Shown in pieces: positions 28,748 through 39,344 of a stretch of 64,000 nt of DNA; the first letter of the stretch is position 1, and each line of letters starts with the position of its first letter. Both the position numbers and the translations under genes were made by a program. Location: NCBI GenBank assembly GCA_049521055.1, contig JBEKPE010000004.1, forward strand, positions 535 to 64,534, in the 5' to 3' direction. The stretch is from Candidatus Bathyarchaeia archaeon. GTDB lineage: Archaea; Thermoproteota; Bathyarchaeia; 40CM-2-53-6. The notes beneath the pieces are model-generated. The model saw only the letters and a list, made by a program, of their open reading frames with translations, made no database searches and was not told the origin of the DNA.

Positions 28748-29791
28748 TCACTGGGCTTGGAAGGGCTCGGGCATGTCAGCGAGAAAACGTTTGTTTAAGG
28801 CGTAGTATGCCGTGACCATGAAAATTCCGACGAAGGCGAGCAGCACACCGACGACTGCGAACATGGTAGTCCAAGGAATTTGTACGTAGACGTTCATGAA
28901 CGTTGATGGCTCAAGCCCTGAGTTCCCCAATAGAACCAAGTAGGGATATCTGCCGCCATCATTCATGAATTCCCCGATCATCGCCACCATGATTGCTACT
29001 GGGCCGAGAAGAAGCGTGTACCTCGGCACAACTCCGTATCCTCGCTTAATCTTGCTCCACACCTTGACGGATGCGAGGACTAGGAATGTTATCAGTGATA
29101 GTTTCAACCCGAAGAGTGGGGCTATATCAAATGTTGCCCCCGCTTGACCAAGGATATTGGAATAGAGCAACGGAGCTCTGCTGCTTAGGTTGATTAGATA
29201 AGATGGTCCTAAAACTCCCTGCAACCCTAGGAACAGTACACCGTGCCAGAGTCCCACCCAAGCGAATCTCACGTTCACGTTACCCTTAATCGTGAAGAAT
29301 GATGCGACGAGGAAACCGCCTATCGAAAGGGCGCCAAACCACGTGTGCAATAGCAACCAAGGATATAGTGGGTTGAAGAACACCGCTATCCGTGCAATAT
29401 CTTTCATTCCTTGCATAGCCATTGCTAACGCGTACGGGTAGGTTAGCTCAGCGAAAATATACCTGAAGCCGAAAGGAACACCAAACCCCGACACAGCCAT
29501 CACTAAGCCAACTAGAGTATGCAGTCCCGGCCGTATCTTCCCCCAAGTATACCAGAATAGGGCGATTGTTGGAATCCGAATTAGTATGGAGGATAGGGCG
29601 ATGAGAATGGGTAAGAAGATTATGTCCGTCGCCGTAGCCATGAGCGTAGGAAAGAACCCGGCCAATACCACCGTTATGATCGTGCCCCAGACTCCGCTGA
29701 AAAGCTCGTGGATTATCAGAATCTTGAAGACTTTTCTCGACATGACCTCGAGGTCTGGCTTGTGCTCGAACCAGGCAAGGAATCTTGCCAT
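28748..29791 (-). CDS. cytochrome bd-type oxidase subunit II-like membrane protein
   Basis: It is a polytopic membrane protein of 347 aa that sits immediately downstream of the CydA-like gene. Confidence 0.4.
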   Translation of the reverse strand: MARFLAWFEHKPDLEVMSRKVFKILIIHELFSGVWGTIITVVLAGFFPTLMATATDIIFLPILIALSSILIRIPTIALFWYTWGKIRPGLHTLVGLVMAVSGFGVPFGFRYIFAELTYPYALAMAMQGMKDIARIAVFFNPLYPWLLLHTWFGALSIGGFLVASFFTIKGNVNVRFAWVGLWHGVLFLGLQGVLGPSYLINLSSRAPLLYSNILGQAGATFDIAPLFGLKLSLITFLVLASVKVWSKIKRGYGVVPRYTLLLGPVAIMVAMIGEFMNDGGRYPYLVLLGNSGLEPSTFMNVYVQIPWTTMFAVVGVLLAFVGIFMVTAYYALNKRFLADMPEPFQAQ

Positions 29792-29894
29792 GGCGGAGAT
29801 CCAACCCGTTCCAAGGGTGATGTTGACGAGTATGATGTGGACTATGATAGCTACCCCGAGGATCGCGAAGCCCAGTATCTCGGCGCTCGCCAGC

Positions 29895-31466
29895 CTAGTC
29901 CACTCCTGCTCCTTTCTTCAAGAGCTCGATGAACTTCAATCGCCTTGTTGAGACAATGTAGATACCGTAGATTCCTACTATTGCGACGGCCACAAAGAGT
30001 AGAGCAAAGGCCACGAAGACAAGTGGGTTTATGGTAACAGATGTTATGACTTCTTCCGGGTAAATCAACCCATACACAGTCCAAGGCTTTCGCCCATCCT
30101 CACGTACGAACCAACCCAGACCACTCGCGAAAATCGACGCCAAGACAACAAGCAGTGAAAGCAGGAACACAGACCTCTGTTCACCGAAACGATTGAGGAT
30201 ACGCCTCGTTAACCTTGACAGGGGGCCGAGGTTGAAGTTCAGAGCAAACAGCCCCACAATGGCTACCAAATCCAAGATTCCGAACGCTATCTTCGCATAG
30301 TACAGTGAATAGATCATTAGCAGCTGTGACTCGGACTTGGCCAAGTCTGAGAGACAAACAGACTTTAGGGTCACCGAGGAAGCGGACCCCAATGTGATGT
30401 TCGGGGCAGCAGAAGTCGCGAGGTTTCCGAGAGTCGTCTGCCCCAGCGAATCACATTGGCTTCTTAGCGAATCGAACCCAACTATTGCGTGTTGCGGATT
30501 ACCGTAAGCTAGGAAAGCTATGAGCGGATTTTTGGTTGTGTTGGCGACGCCTTCCATCAGGGCGAATTTCGTAGGTTGCTGATCAGCAACGGCCTTACCC
30601 ATCACGTCGCCGAACACTGTTGGTTGAAGTATCAGGAGGAGGAGAAGTATGGGCAGGAAAGCCTTCACAATTTTCACATACTTGGCCCGCCCAGTTTTCA
30701 AAAACCTGTAGGCGTACCCGATTAGGGCGAAGGACATTCCAACGATTATTCCCGCGTTCACGGCGTGGAGTGCGCTTGCAAATGCGTAAGGAGAGGAAAA
30801 GGCGACAAATGGGTCGTTCAGCGTCAATCCGACGGCCTTTGCAAGGTCAGGGTTTTGTAAAACCTGGGATGCGGTTCCAGTAGCGAGTAGATTCTTAATG
30901 AGCTCCAGCTTCAGCTTGACGAGGGCGGATGGGTCAGCTGCGCTCGGACCGTATTGTGGTAGAAACGGGTACAGGTTTGACGCTAGACTGCCAGTTCCCC
31001 AGGGGACGCCCAGCCAACTGTTCACCGTCATTATCAGGGCGCCGGATAGAATGGCCATGGCACCATAGAACACCATGATACCTAAACTTGCAAGGGTCCG
31101 AATCTTGCCCAGTGTAACAACAAACAACACAAGCAGCGCGATTTCTCCAGTAAACGCTATCAGTTCAAACGTTAGAGGCATAAGGCCGAAAGTTGCGATT
31201 ACGAAGATTGTGCCAGGCCAAGCCTGAACAAGCCCAAATTCAACTAGGGTTCCCGTTATGGCGCCAAGCGCAAAATTCAGGCCGAGGACGGCAGTAGCAT
31301 TCCGTGCAGCTTCGTAGTAATCCTGATCTTTAGTTCTCCACCATTGGAAAAGTAATCCTCCTATCACCCATGGAAAGCCCAGGGAAATCGTGAGGAAAAA
31401 CGCGTGAATGAAAATCCCTAGAGCGCTGATTGGGAGCAACATTGAAGTTGCGACCACGACCGTCAA
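29895..31466 (-). CDS. cytochrome bd ubiquinol oxidase subunit I (CydA)-like
   Basis: It aligns to CydA landmarks: His in TM1 (IFIHAFFL), LNFALGAITGTLVEF against INFALGVATGLTMEF, FELIAFTGE (Glu99 region), and the Q-loop-end EDGRKPWTVYG against EYGRQPWAIG. Confidence 0.6.
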   Translation of the reverse strand: MTVVVATSMLLPISALGIFIHAFFLTISLGFPWVIGGLLFQWWRTKDQDYYEAARNATAVLGLNFALGAITGTLVEFGLVQAWPGTIFVIATFGLMPLTFELIAFTGEIALLVLFVVTLGKIRTLASLGIMVFYGAMAILSGALIMTVNSWLGVPWGTGSLASNLYPFLPQYGPSAADPSALVKLKLELIKNLLATGTASQVLQNPDLAKAVGLTLNDPFVAFSSPYAFASALHAVNAGIIVGMSFALIGYAYRFLKTGRAKYVKIVKAFLPILLLLLILQPTVFGDVMGKAVADQQPTKFALMEGVANTTKNPLIAFLAYGNPQHAIVGFDSLRSQCDSLGQTTLGNLATSAAPNITLGSASSVTLKSVCLSDLAKSESQLLMIYSLYYAKIAFGILDLVAIVGLFALNFNLGPLSRLTRRILNRFGEQRSVFLLSLLVVLASIFASGLGWFVREDGRKPWTVYGLIYPEEVITSVTINPLVFVAFALLFVAVAIVGIYGIYIVSTRRLKFIELLKKGAGVD

Positions 31467-31685
31467 GCCTCGAGTACTGAAATACTAGCCAAGAGCCTAG
31501 CGCGCTGAATTTTAGGGAACGGTATATAGGGAAATACTGGCTGCGGTCAAAGACGATTGAAAGTGTTGATTCTCTCCTCGACTCGAATGTCGACACTAAG
31601 CCTAACCATCAAGGAACTCGTCCAAAGAAATCCTGACTGAGGGAATACAGCAAGCCGTGAATTCCCGGGCATCACTCAAGTAAAT

Positions 31686-31800
31686 TGGCGGGCCCGCGGG
31701 GATTCGAACCCCGGATCCCAGGCTTTCTTTGTCGAAACTCCGAAGGCTTGCATGACCTTGTCGGGTCTCTGTGTCTTAATCCTAGCTCGACTACGGGCCC
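31686..31800 (-). tRNA. tRNA gene with an intron, 115 nt, encoded CCA
   Basis: On the minus strand: GGGCCCG-TA-GTCGAGCTAGGATTAAGAC...CCGGGGTTCGAATCCCCG-CGGGCCC-G-CCA. The acceptor stem is identical to those at 22092 and 41430. Confidence 0.7.
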
Positions 31801-31925
31801 AGCTTTTCTTAGAAGGATACCCTCTAAAAGATACCCCTACTCCTCCACAATCTGCTTCCGCTGAAGTAAGAGACAAGAATACGGGATTCGGCCGGTTGCT
31901 TCCTTTCAAATCGCTGGGAGTATCC

Positions 31926-32345
31926 TCACGCGTGATCTGTTTCTGCCTCAGAGTTCTCAGAATCAGGAAGAATCTCATGTGGAATTCTGTCGCCGTGGCT
32001 GTTGAACGCTCCGATATCATTGTAAGATTGAAACGGATAGGCTACGATCACCATGATCCTCCCGTAAAAGTGGTTCAGGTCTTGAATTGATGGCCTCAGA
32101 GTCCCCGAGGGATGAGAGTGTGAGATGCCAATCACACTTAGGTCCATTGGAAGCATGAAGCTTGAGAAACCTGAGAAACCTCGGCCATGCGTAGCAAGAG
32201 GAGGAATCAATACGTCCGTAATCAGAACCCCATCCTTCCCCTTCTTGCCGCGCAAGAGTAGTATCCCCTCTTTCGGGTACGCGTGGATAGAATAGCTGAG
32301 AATGCTATCTGCAACAATTTTTTTGAATCGAATAACGCTCAACAT
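31926..32345 (-). CDS. JAMM/MPN+ metalloprotease (JAB1/Mov34 family)
   Basis: HSHPSGTLRPSIQD gives an exact JAMM motif H-x-H-x7-S-x2-D, and there is an upstream Glu. Confidence 0.6.
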   Translation of the reverse strand: MLSVIRFKKIVADSILSYSIHAYPKEGILLLRGKKGKDGVLITDVLIPPLATHGRGFSGFSSFMLPMDLSVIGISHSHPSGTLRPSIQDLNHFYGRIMVIVAYPFQSYNDIGAFNSHGDRIPHEILPDSENSEAETDHA

Positions 32346-32632
32346 AGTGAAAGCACCCTAAATCGGCGTCTAGCACGACGCGCCTTTCCGGAAATTACCT
32401 CAACCTACGTGATAAGTCGATACGGCGCTGCGGGTATTGCGTAGCTACGTACCTGAAGGAAAACTAGGGGTGTCAGACACCCACTCCGGCGGGATATGGC
32501 TCCATGCAATTACCAGCGTGACACGGATCAAATCCGGAACAAAGGCTTGTACAAACTAGGTAAGGTAAGCCTCCTCTACGCATCTCTTCAAGAGGTATTA
32601 ACTAGAGATGAGTCAAGTCCCCGTGGAACTAA

Positions 32633-33067
32633 TTGACGGTATTGTCGGACGTGGAGATTGAGAAGTGCCTCAAGGACGGTTCGCTGGTTATCGCGCCGTT
32701 CGAAGATTCTTGCCTGAACGGCGCGGGTTACGATCTTCGTTTAGATAGAGAATTGGCATTGCAGCCACGTGAGCACAGGCTTGTGGCTACGCTGGAGAAG
32801 GTTGAGATAGGTGAGAACCTCACAGGAACGTTGCATATTCGATCAACGCTTGCTCGTTCGGGCATTATCGCGAGTTTGGCTTTAGTTGATCCAGGATTTC
32901 GCGGCCAACTAACTGTTTCACTCTTCAACGCATCGGCGACACCATTCAGAATGACGAAGAATGACAAGTTCTTGCAACTCGTCTTGCACCACCTTGGCAC
33001 CAAGACGCAACGTCCCTACGCGGGCAAGTACCAAGATAGTCAAGGAATTGTAAATACCCGCCAATAG
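32633..33067 (+). CDS. dcd: dCTP deaminase (Dcd/dUTPase fold), TTG start
   Basis: The N-terminus MTVLSDVEIEKCLKDGSLVIAPF...GYDLRL is Dcd-family. Confidence 0.6.
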   Translation: MTVLSDVEIEKCLKDGSLVIAPFEDSCLNGAGYDLRLDRELALQPREHRLVATLEKVEIGENLTGTLHIRSTLARSGIIASLALVDPGFRGQLTVSLFNASATPFRMTKNDKFLQLVLHHLGTKTQRPYAGKYQDSQGIVNTRQ

Positions 33068-33169
33068 GCACTCTACTCTTTCTGTCAATTCATGTCGAAA
33101 CTGTTATTACCACTCAGCATGGGCATGTGCATATCCTAACGTGTCAAAGCAATTAGAGAAGGCAATGTC

Positions 33170-33919
33170 TTGAGAGCAGGTTCCCGTATATCCGACCTAA
33201 AGTACAAGCTGATGACGATCGAACTCCTCAACCTAGCTAAGAATTATTACACTTACAGAGAATTGGCCCAGATCATCGGCCTCCCTGAGACGGTGCTCAG
33301 CAGGTATGTCAAGGGCCACGTTCTACCAACCATCGACAGGGCACAGAACATCAACCGAACCCTCCAAAAAATAATGCGCCTTGAAGGCGAGATTCAGCAA
33401 CGGATACGCTTTGACGAAGCGGGATACTTCGATAACACTAAGCTGATCTCCGATACGCTTCTTCTCGAACGAGCGGTTCAACATGCCGTGAACGCGTTTG
33501 CCGGCATGCGCATAACGAAAATTTTGGCAGCAGCGGTCGACGGTATTCCACTTGCAGCTCTGCTTGCGCACAGGCTAGGCGTTGGCCTAATCATTGCAAA
33601 GAAAAGCCGAGAGGTGGGAGTGCGGGAATTCATTGAGGAAATCTACATACCAGCCAAAACTGCGATGATGGTCAGCCTCTATGTCCCGAGGGACGCGCTA
33701 AAGAAAGGAGATTGCGTGCTCATCGTTGACGACGTCATCGACAGCGGCGAGACACAAATCGCACTGACTCGAATCGTGCAGAAAGCGAAGGGAGAAGTTA
33801 CGGGCATGTACGCTTTGATAAGCATGGGATCGGAGTGGAAGAGCCGAATCGAATCGGTCACCCACTGCCCTGTAGAAATCGTATTACAAGTAGGCAAGAA
33901 ACCTCTTCAAGAAGCCTAA
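33170..33919 (+). CDS. HTH-fused phosphoribosyltransferase-type regulator (GfcR/PyrE-like)
   Basis: The N-terminal HTH is YTYRELAQIIGLPETVLSRYVKG. The PRPP-binding loop is VLIVDDVIDSGET. Confidence 0.5.
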   Translation: MRAGSRISDLKYKLMTIELLNLAKNYYTYRELAQIIGLPETVLSRYVKGHVLPTIDRAQNINRTLQKIMRLEGEIQQRIRFDEAGYFDNTKLISDTLLLERAVQHAVNAFAGMRITKILAAAVDGIPLAALLAHRLGVGLIIAKKSREVGVREFIEEIYIPAKTAMMVSLYVPRDALKKGDCVLIVDDVIDSGETQIALTRIVQKAKGEVTGMYALISMGSEWKSRIESVTHCPVEIVLQVGKKPLQEA

Positions 33920-33929
33920 CCCAAACTTC

Positions 33930-34973
33930 TCAGGCCTGAAGCAACGAAGCGTCAGCCCCAAGCCTATCTGGGGCTATCACCCCTTTCTCCGTTATGAATC
34001 CCCGTACTAATTCCACGGGCGTTAGATCAAACGCAGGGTTGTAGACCGGCACACCTACTGGCGGAATTCGCTTTCCAAGAATATGCGTGATCTCCCGTGC
34101 ACTTCTCTCCTCGATCTTCACCTCTGACCCTTCGCCTTGTAGGTCAAAGGTGGAACTCGGGGCAGCGACGTAGAATGGAATGTGGTTTGCTTGGGCGGCT
34201 AGCGCGATTAGGTAGGTTCCCACCTTGTTGGCTACGAATTTCCTTGTAATCCGGTCAGCTCCAACTATTGCCTTCTGCACCATGCCTTGCCTCATAACGT
34301 AACCAACGGCTCCGTCCACAATCAGCGTCACTGGAATCTTGTCGCTGAGCAGCTCGTAGGTTGTCAGCTTTGCTCCCTGCAGACGTGGTCGGGTTTCAGT
34401 TGCGATTACCCTCACCTTCTTTCCTTGTCGAACGGAGGACCGAATCGGGGCTAGCGCCGTCCCATAGCTAACCGTAGCGAGTGTACCCGTGTTGCAGTGT
34501 GTGAGAACCTGATCACCATCGTCAATCAAATGCGCTCCATATTCACCTATTTTCAGATTCGCTTGGACATCTTCCTCAGCCATTTCCCGGGCCTCCATCA
34601 CTACAGCCGCTGCCACTTCACTAGCGTCACCCACAGTCGTTTCAGCGCACCGAAGAACCCTGTCAATACTCCAGAAGAGATTTCGCGCAGTCGGGCGACT
34701 CCTTCTGAGCGTTTCGGCTGCCTCCTCAAGTTCGGCCATGAGTCGTTCCCTGTTCTTGGTCCGGTTTGCGTTTGCTGCCAGTGCCATCCCCATGGCGGCT
34801 GCTACGCCAATAGCCGGTGCTCCACGAACATTCATGTCTCGAATGGCCTTGGCTACCTCACGGTAATTCTTCAACTGAACATGGACGAATTTGTAGGGTA
34901 ATCTAGTTTGATCAATCATCCTAACGTGGCCATTAACCCACTCAACCGTCCTAACTTCCGACATAGGGCGCAA
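33930..34973 (-). CDS. eIF-2B alpha/beta/delta-family isomerase (MtnA / ribose-1,5-bisphosphate isomerase-like)
   Basis: VRMIDQTRLPYKF...VRGAPAIGVAAAMG is the family signature. Confidence 0.6.
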   Translation of the reverse strand: MRPMSEVRTVEWVNGHVRMIDQTRLPYKFVHVQLKNYREVAKAIRDMNVRGAPAIGVAAAMGMALAANANRTKNRERLMAELEEAAETLRRSRPTARNLFWSIDRVLRCAETTVGDASEVAAAVVMEAREMAEEDVQANLKIGEYGAHLIDDGDQVLTHCNTGTLATVSYGTALAPIRSSVRQGKKVRVIATETRPRLQGAKLTTYELLSDKIPVTLIVDGAVGYVMRQGMVQKAIVGADRITRKFVANKVGTYLIALAAQANHIPFYVAAPSSTFDLQGEGSEVKIEERSAREITHILGKRIPPVGVPVYNPAFDLTPVELVRGFITEKGVIAPDRLGADASLLQA

Positions 34974-35097
34974 TGCGGATCACTCCAACACCGGCACTCA
35001 CATCTAGAATTAGCTTTCCTCGCAAGCCCGCGCCATGTCGATTCGGCGCAAAAGCATTAATTGAGCGGTACCCCTGCGGGTCACCAAGTGGAAAAGG

Positions 35098-35664
35098 ATG
35101 GAGAACACTGCTAACGAACCCGCAACAGCGACCCCAGTGCAAGCTGAGGAAAAACCTCAGTTCACCCCGTGGAACACAATAGCGGACGCAAAGCGCGTCT
35201 ACATACCCTACAAGGCTGAACTAATGGAGCTCAGGGATCGGGGGTTCGGAGATCTTAGAGGAGACAAGCTCCTGTTCACCGCGTACGAGTCATTCTACCT
35301 GATCGAGAAGCAGAAGATACGGGTTTTTGACAAACGCAGCGAGCGCGAACTAGAGCTGAGAGACCTGGTTCGCAAGTTTTCAGTTGGTAAACCGGAGATT
35401 TGGATTAAGTATTTGGTTTACCGAGACCTGCGGGACAGAGGATACATTGTTCGTGAATCGACGAAGGCCTTCGACTTCGACATTTATGGAAAGGGCCCTC
35501 TGCGGCGACTAATCTCTATCGTCTACGAAGGGGGAGAAGCTAGCTTGAGGAAGCTGGGAAAACTTCTCAAGTACTCGGATAAGGAAAAGAAAGAGCTGAT
35601 ACTTGCGGTCGTGGATCGCCGAACGGATATCGTATACTATACTCTGAGTTCCCTGAAAGTCTAG
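35098..35664 (+). CDS. endA: tRNA-splicing endonuclease subunit (EndA)
   Basis: LLFTAYESFYLIEKQKI and the catalytic-domain-like C-terminus fit EndA. The genome carries intron-containing tRNAs. Confidence 0.5.
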   Translation: MENTANEPATATPVQAEEKPQFTPWNTIADAKRVYIPYKAELMELRDRGFGDLRGDKLLFTAYESFYLIEKQKIRVFDKRSERELELRDLVRKFSVGKPEIWIKYLVYRDLRDRGYIVRESTKAFDFDIYGKGPLRRLISIVYEGGEASLRKLGKLLKYSDKEKKELILAVVDRRTDIVYYTLSSLKV

Positions 35665-35684
35665 ATTGCGCCCGACTCTGGCGG

Positions 35685-36206
35685 CTACTGAGGCTGCCGT
35701 GCGTTACACTGCGGGCAAAGCACCGCGCCAGGTGGTAGTTGTGCACCGCACTGAACACAGTACCTAGCCTGAGATACGACTCCTGGCGTTACTTGTGCAG
35801 GGGGCATAATCGGTTCAAGGGGCGGGTGACGAATCGCTCCGATCAAGGTTGCGCCAATCACTCCCGCAACCAGATCTATTCCTAGGATTATGATGACAGC
35901 CGTCTGCAATTCGGACATAGGGGGCGTTGGACCTGAAGGGGTCGGTATTACGCCGAAGATGAATAGGATTTCAGAAACTCCAAGGTAGAATGGGGTTCCA
36001 AGGATGCCCGACAGGGCGCCGGCTGCTGTAGCTTGCCCTACCTTTCCGTACAGGACATATGCTGCTATTGCTCCTCCGACGAAAGCCCCAGCCGCATCTG
36101 AATAAGGTGGTGTTAGGTTGGCTGCTTCCAGAAAAGCGGTGAGTAGACCGGTAACAACAGTGCCTGCCAGTACTGCGGTCCAAAGATCTCGGCTTTTGAC
36201 GGGCAT
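35685..36206 (-). CDS. membrane protein with a C-terminal zinc ribbon
   Basis: There are four predicted TM helices, then CVQCGAQLPPGAVLCPQCNARQPQ. Confidence 0.4.
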   Translation of the reverse strand: MPVKSRDLWTAVLAGTVVTGLLTAFLEAANLTPPYSDAAGAFVGGAIAAYVLYGKVGQATAAGALSGILGTPFYLGVSEILFIFGVIPTPSGPTPPMSELQTAVIIILGIDLVAGVIGATLIGAIRHPPLEPIMPPAQVTPGVVSQARYCVQCGAQLPPGAVLCPQCNARQPQ

Positions 36207-36323
36207 TAGGATTCGAGGTGGGATAATCTACACTTCACTATAAGCGTTGCATAATCCCAGCCACGTTTCAACTTACAACATTATAGGATGGGTTTCACAG
36301 AAGTCACGCAGATGTGAGACGAA

Positions 36324-37637
36324 TTGTCCTCAGACGCCTTCACTTTGCCTCGAGGAATGCGGGATATCGAACCTGAAGAGATGGCTCGCAGGTTATGGCT
36401 GTATGATAGGATTCGTGAGGTTGTCTCTCGATATGGATTCCGGATGGTGGAGCCTACAACGATTGAGAGCTTGAAGACACTTGAAGCCAAGAGTGGTGAA
36501 GGAATCCGTGACGAAATCTACTGGTTCAAGGACAAGGCTGGACGAAGCCTCGGCCTAAGGTTCGATCTGACGGTTGGCCTCGCTCGCATGATCGCGAACC
36601 GTTCCGATCTGCCTGCGCCAATAAAATTCGCCACAATTGGAGGCAACTGGCGATACGACGAACCGCAATTTGCCAGATACCGATATTTCACTCAATGGGA
36701 CGTAGAGATTTTCGGTTCCGAGAGCCCCCTCGCGGATGCTGAGGTGATCTGTGTCGGTGCCGATGTATTAGTTAACGCCGGGTTGAAAGATTTCCTCGTG
36801 CGAATTAGCAACCGAAAATTAGCTGAATCATATCTCAAACAGTTGGGAATCCAGTCCGGCGAGCAACTTGAACAATGCCTGAGAATTATAGACAAAATGC
36901 GGAAGGAAAGCCGCGAGCGATTGATCAAAGATTTCACGGCCCTCAACATCAAAGAGAGCACTGTGGAAGAGATTTTCGCGTACACCTCAATCAACGGATC
37001 CCCCAGAGCTGCCCTTGGCAAGCTTGTCGGTTTCAACTTCACAGAACCCGAGGCGAAGAGGGGCTTAGAAGAGTTAGAAACACTTTCAGACGCGCTCGCT
37101 GCATACGGGCGGTTGGATCGTTGTGTCTATGACATGAGCATCGTACGTGGCATTGGGTACTATGATGGAATCGTGTTCGAAGGCTTCGACAAGGAAGGCG
37201 AAGATGTTGGATCGATCTTCGGAGGAGGACGGTATGACAAGCTTTGCAAGATCTACGGGAAACGCGACATACCTGCCACCGGAGTCGCAGGAGGAATCGA
37301 ACGTCTGATGATATCCCTAGACCGCGCCAATCTCTATCCCAAGACCCAACTCGGTTCAAAGGTGTTTGTCGCAACAGTGAGAGAAGAATCGAGGCTGGAA
37401 ACAGTTCGAGTTGCAGAGAATCTTCGCGATAACGGAATTGCAGCGGAATTTGACCTGATGGGAAGATCTCTGAGTAAACAGCTTGAATACGCGAACGCAG
37501 CAAAGATCCGGTACCTAATAGTCTTGGGACCTCAAGAAATCCAGTCCAAAATGGTCAAGGTGAAAGAGATGGCCACGGGGACGGAAACTGAAGTGCGTCT
37601 CGACGGGCTAGTTCAGAAACTTAGGGAAATGAATTAG
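36324..37637 (+). CDS. hisS: histidine--tRNA ligase
   Basis: Class II aaRS motifs are present, with HisRS-specific GIRDEIYWFKDKAGRSLGLRFDLTV and GGGRYD. Confidence 0.8.
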   Translation: MSSDAFTLPRGMRDIEPEEMARRLWLYDRIREVVSRYGFRMVEPTTIESLKTLEAKSGEGIRDEIYWFKDKAGRSLGLRFDLTVGLARMIANRSDLPAPIKFATIGGNWRYDEPQFARYRYFTQWDVEIFGSESPLADAEVICVGADVLVNAGLKDFLVRISNRKLAESYLKQLGIQSGEQLEQCLRIIDKMRKESRERLIKDFTALNIKESTVEEIFAYTSINGSPRAALGKLVGFNFTEPEAKRGLEELETLSDALAAYGRLDRCVYDMSIVRGIGYYDGIVFEGFDKEGEDVGSIFGGGRYDKLCKIYGKRDIPATGVAGGIERLMISLDRANLYPKTQLGSKVFVATVREESRLETVRVAENLRDNGIAAEFDLMGRSLSKQLEYANAAKIRYLIVLGPQEIQSKMVKVKEMATGTETEVRLDGLVQKLREMN

Positions 37638-38062
37638 TCTCCTCCGTGGAAAACCTCTTTCTCATTGGATTGGAGGATCGCGGTAAGGGTACCACGCTCT
37701 CCCACAAGATCTCTCATCGAAACAACTCCTATGGGTTTTCCTTTGTCGTCGACCACGACAACATGCCTGATCCTATTCTTGTTCATGGCTTTCGCCGCTT
37801 CCGCCACATCGGAGCTTCCTTGCACCGTGACGACTTGTTTCGTGCACACGTCGTCGACCGGTACGCTAAGGACTCCACCCGAAGCAACCGTCTTTATGAT
37901 GTCCCTTTCAGAAATGACTCCAACTAGCTTGGTGCTCTCAAGGCCTTGAACTATTACTAGCAGACCAATGTTCTTCTCAACCATTAATTTCGCCGCATCC
38001 AATACTGTGCTACCTACGGCGATCGTGATCAAGGGTCGAGTTACTATGTGGCTTACTCTCAT
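37634..38062 (-). CDS. CBS-domain pair protein
   Basis: There are two CBS repeats and the length is about 140 aa. Confidence 0.55.
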   Translation of the reverse strand: MRVSHIVTRPLITIAVGSTVLDAAKLMVEKNIGLLVIVQGLESTKLVGVISERDIIKTVASGGVLSVPVDDVCTKQVVTVQGSSDVAEAAKAMNKNRIRHVVVVDDKGKPIGVVSMRDLVGERGTLTAILQSNEKEVFHGGD

Positions 38063-38068
38063 TCTTGC

Positions 38069-39244
38069 CTACTCCTTCTCTTCCTCCGCCCTTCCGCTTC
38101 TCGACTCCAAGGGTAGGTATGGGACACCGATCTTTCCGACGTACAGAGCTTTTGGCCTAATCAAGCGATTGGCCTGAAGGTATTCGATCGAATGGGCTGT
38201 CCATCCTGCAATCCTACTAATTGCGAAGATCGGCGTGAATAGATCTGTCTGAATCCCGAGGATATGAAATAATACGCCTGAGTAAGAGTCGACATTCGGG
38301 AAGATCGTAGTCCCTTCCAGATGTTTTCGTGCACTCATCTCAATCGCGACCGCCGTGTCGAACAGCTTGGTTTGCCCCTTCTTGACGGCAAGCTCTCCGC
38401 CGAGTTTCTTAATGATCAAATATCTGGGATCCCAGCTCTTGTATACTCTGTGGCCAAACCCCATGATCTTCTTCTTCTGCGCGAGAGCGTCAACCACGTA
38501 ACTCTCAGCCCGGCCTGCGTCCCCAACTTCCAGAACGGTCCGTAGTGCAACTTCATTTGCGCCACCGTGGAGCGGTCCACGTAGTGTTCCGATTCCAGAG
38601 GTTATGATGGAGTACATGTCGGCTAAGGTGGATGCAGTTACGGTGCATGCGAAAGTGGAGGCATTCATCTCGTGTTCGGCGTGCAGGATCAGGCCCACAT
38701 CCATTGCATGAGCATCGGACTCGTCGGGTTCAGTCCCGGTTAGCATGTAGAGAAAATCAGCCGCGTGGCCCAATCCTGGTTTAGGGGAGACTGGTTCCTT
38801 GCGGTTTCGGAGCCGGTCAAACGCGGTAATGATTGTCGGAACCTTGGCTAAAATTCTTAGCCCCTTGTCTAATCTCACTTCAATGTCATCGGACATTGGT
38901 TGTGGATCATAAAGTCCTAACGCGGAGACCGCGGTACGTAGCACGTCCATTGGATCGCTGTGGGTGGGAAAACTTCGGATGAACCGTAAGACGTCTGGAT
39001 CGAGAGGGCGGTAGGATTCCAGCTGATGTCTAAATTTCTCAAGTTGGCTACTCGTGGGTAGCCAGCCAAAGATGAGTAGATAGGCGGTTTCCTCAAATGT
39101 GGAATGGGCTGCGAGGTCTTCTATACTGTAGCCTCGGTAGAATAGTTTGCTCGCCTCGCCGTCAATGAAACAGATCCTACTCTCTTTTACGTAGACGTTG
39201 TCCAGTCCCTTATGGATGACGACGGGTTCTTTGAAGGCGCACAA
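38069..39244 (-). CDS. citrate synthase / 2-methylcitrate synthase
   Basis: GHRVYKSWDPR and the catalytic His/Asp context are present. The length of 391 aa fits the archaeal dimeric type. Confidence 0.75.
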   Translation of the reverse strand: MCAFKEPVVIHKGLDNVYVKESRICFIDGEASKLFYRGYSIEDLAAHSTFEETAYLLIFGWLPTSSQLEKFRHQLESYRPLDPDVLRFIRSFPTHSDPMDVLRTAVSALGLYDPQPMSDDIEVRLDKGLRILAKVPTIITAFDRLRNRKEPVSPKPGLGHAADFLYMLTGTEPDESDAHAMDVGLILHAEHEMNASTFACTVTASTLADMYSIITSGIGTLRGPLHGGANEVALRTVLEVGDAGRAESYVVDALAQKKKIMGFGHRVYKSWDPRYLIIKKLGGELAVKKGQTKLFDTAVAIEMSARKHLEGTTIFPNVDSYSGVLFHILGIQTDLFTPIFAISRIAGWTAHSIEYLQANRLIRPKALYVGKIGVPYLPLESRSGRAEEEKE

Positions 39245-39344
39245 AATAAATCCGGTTAGGGTTTAATTTGATTGGCAAGCTATTTACCAATTGCCTAATA
39301 CAAAAAAAGGTGTGATCCCGGAACTGTCCCTGGGTTGAGGGTGT

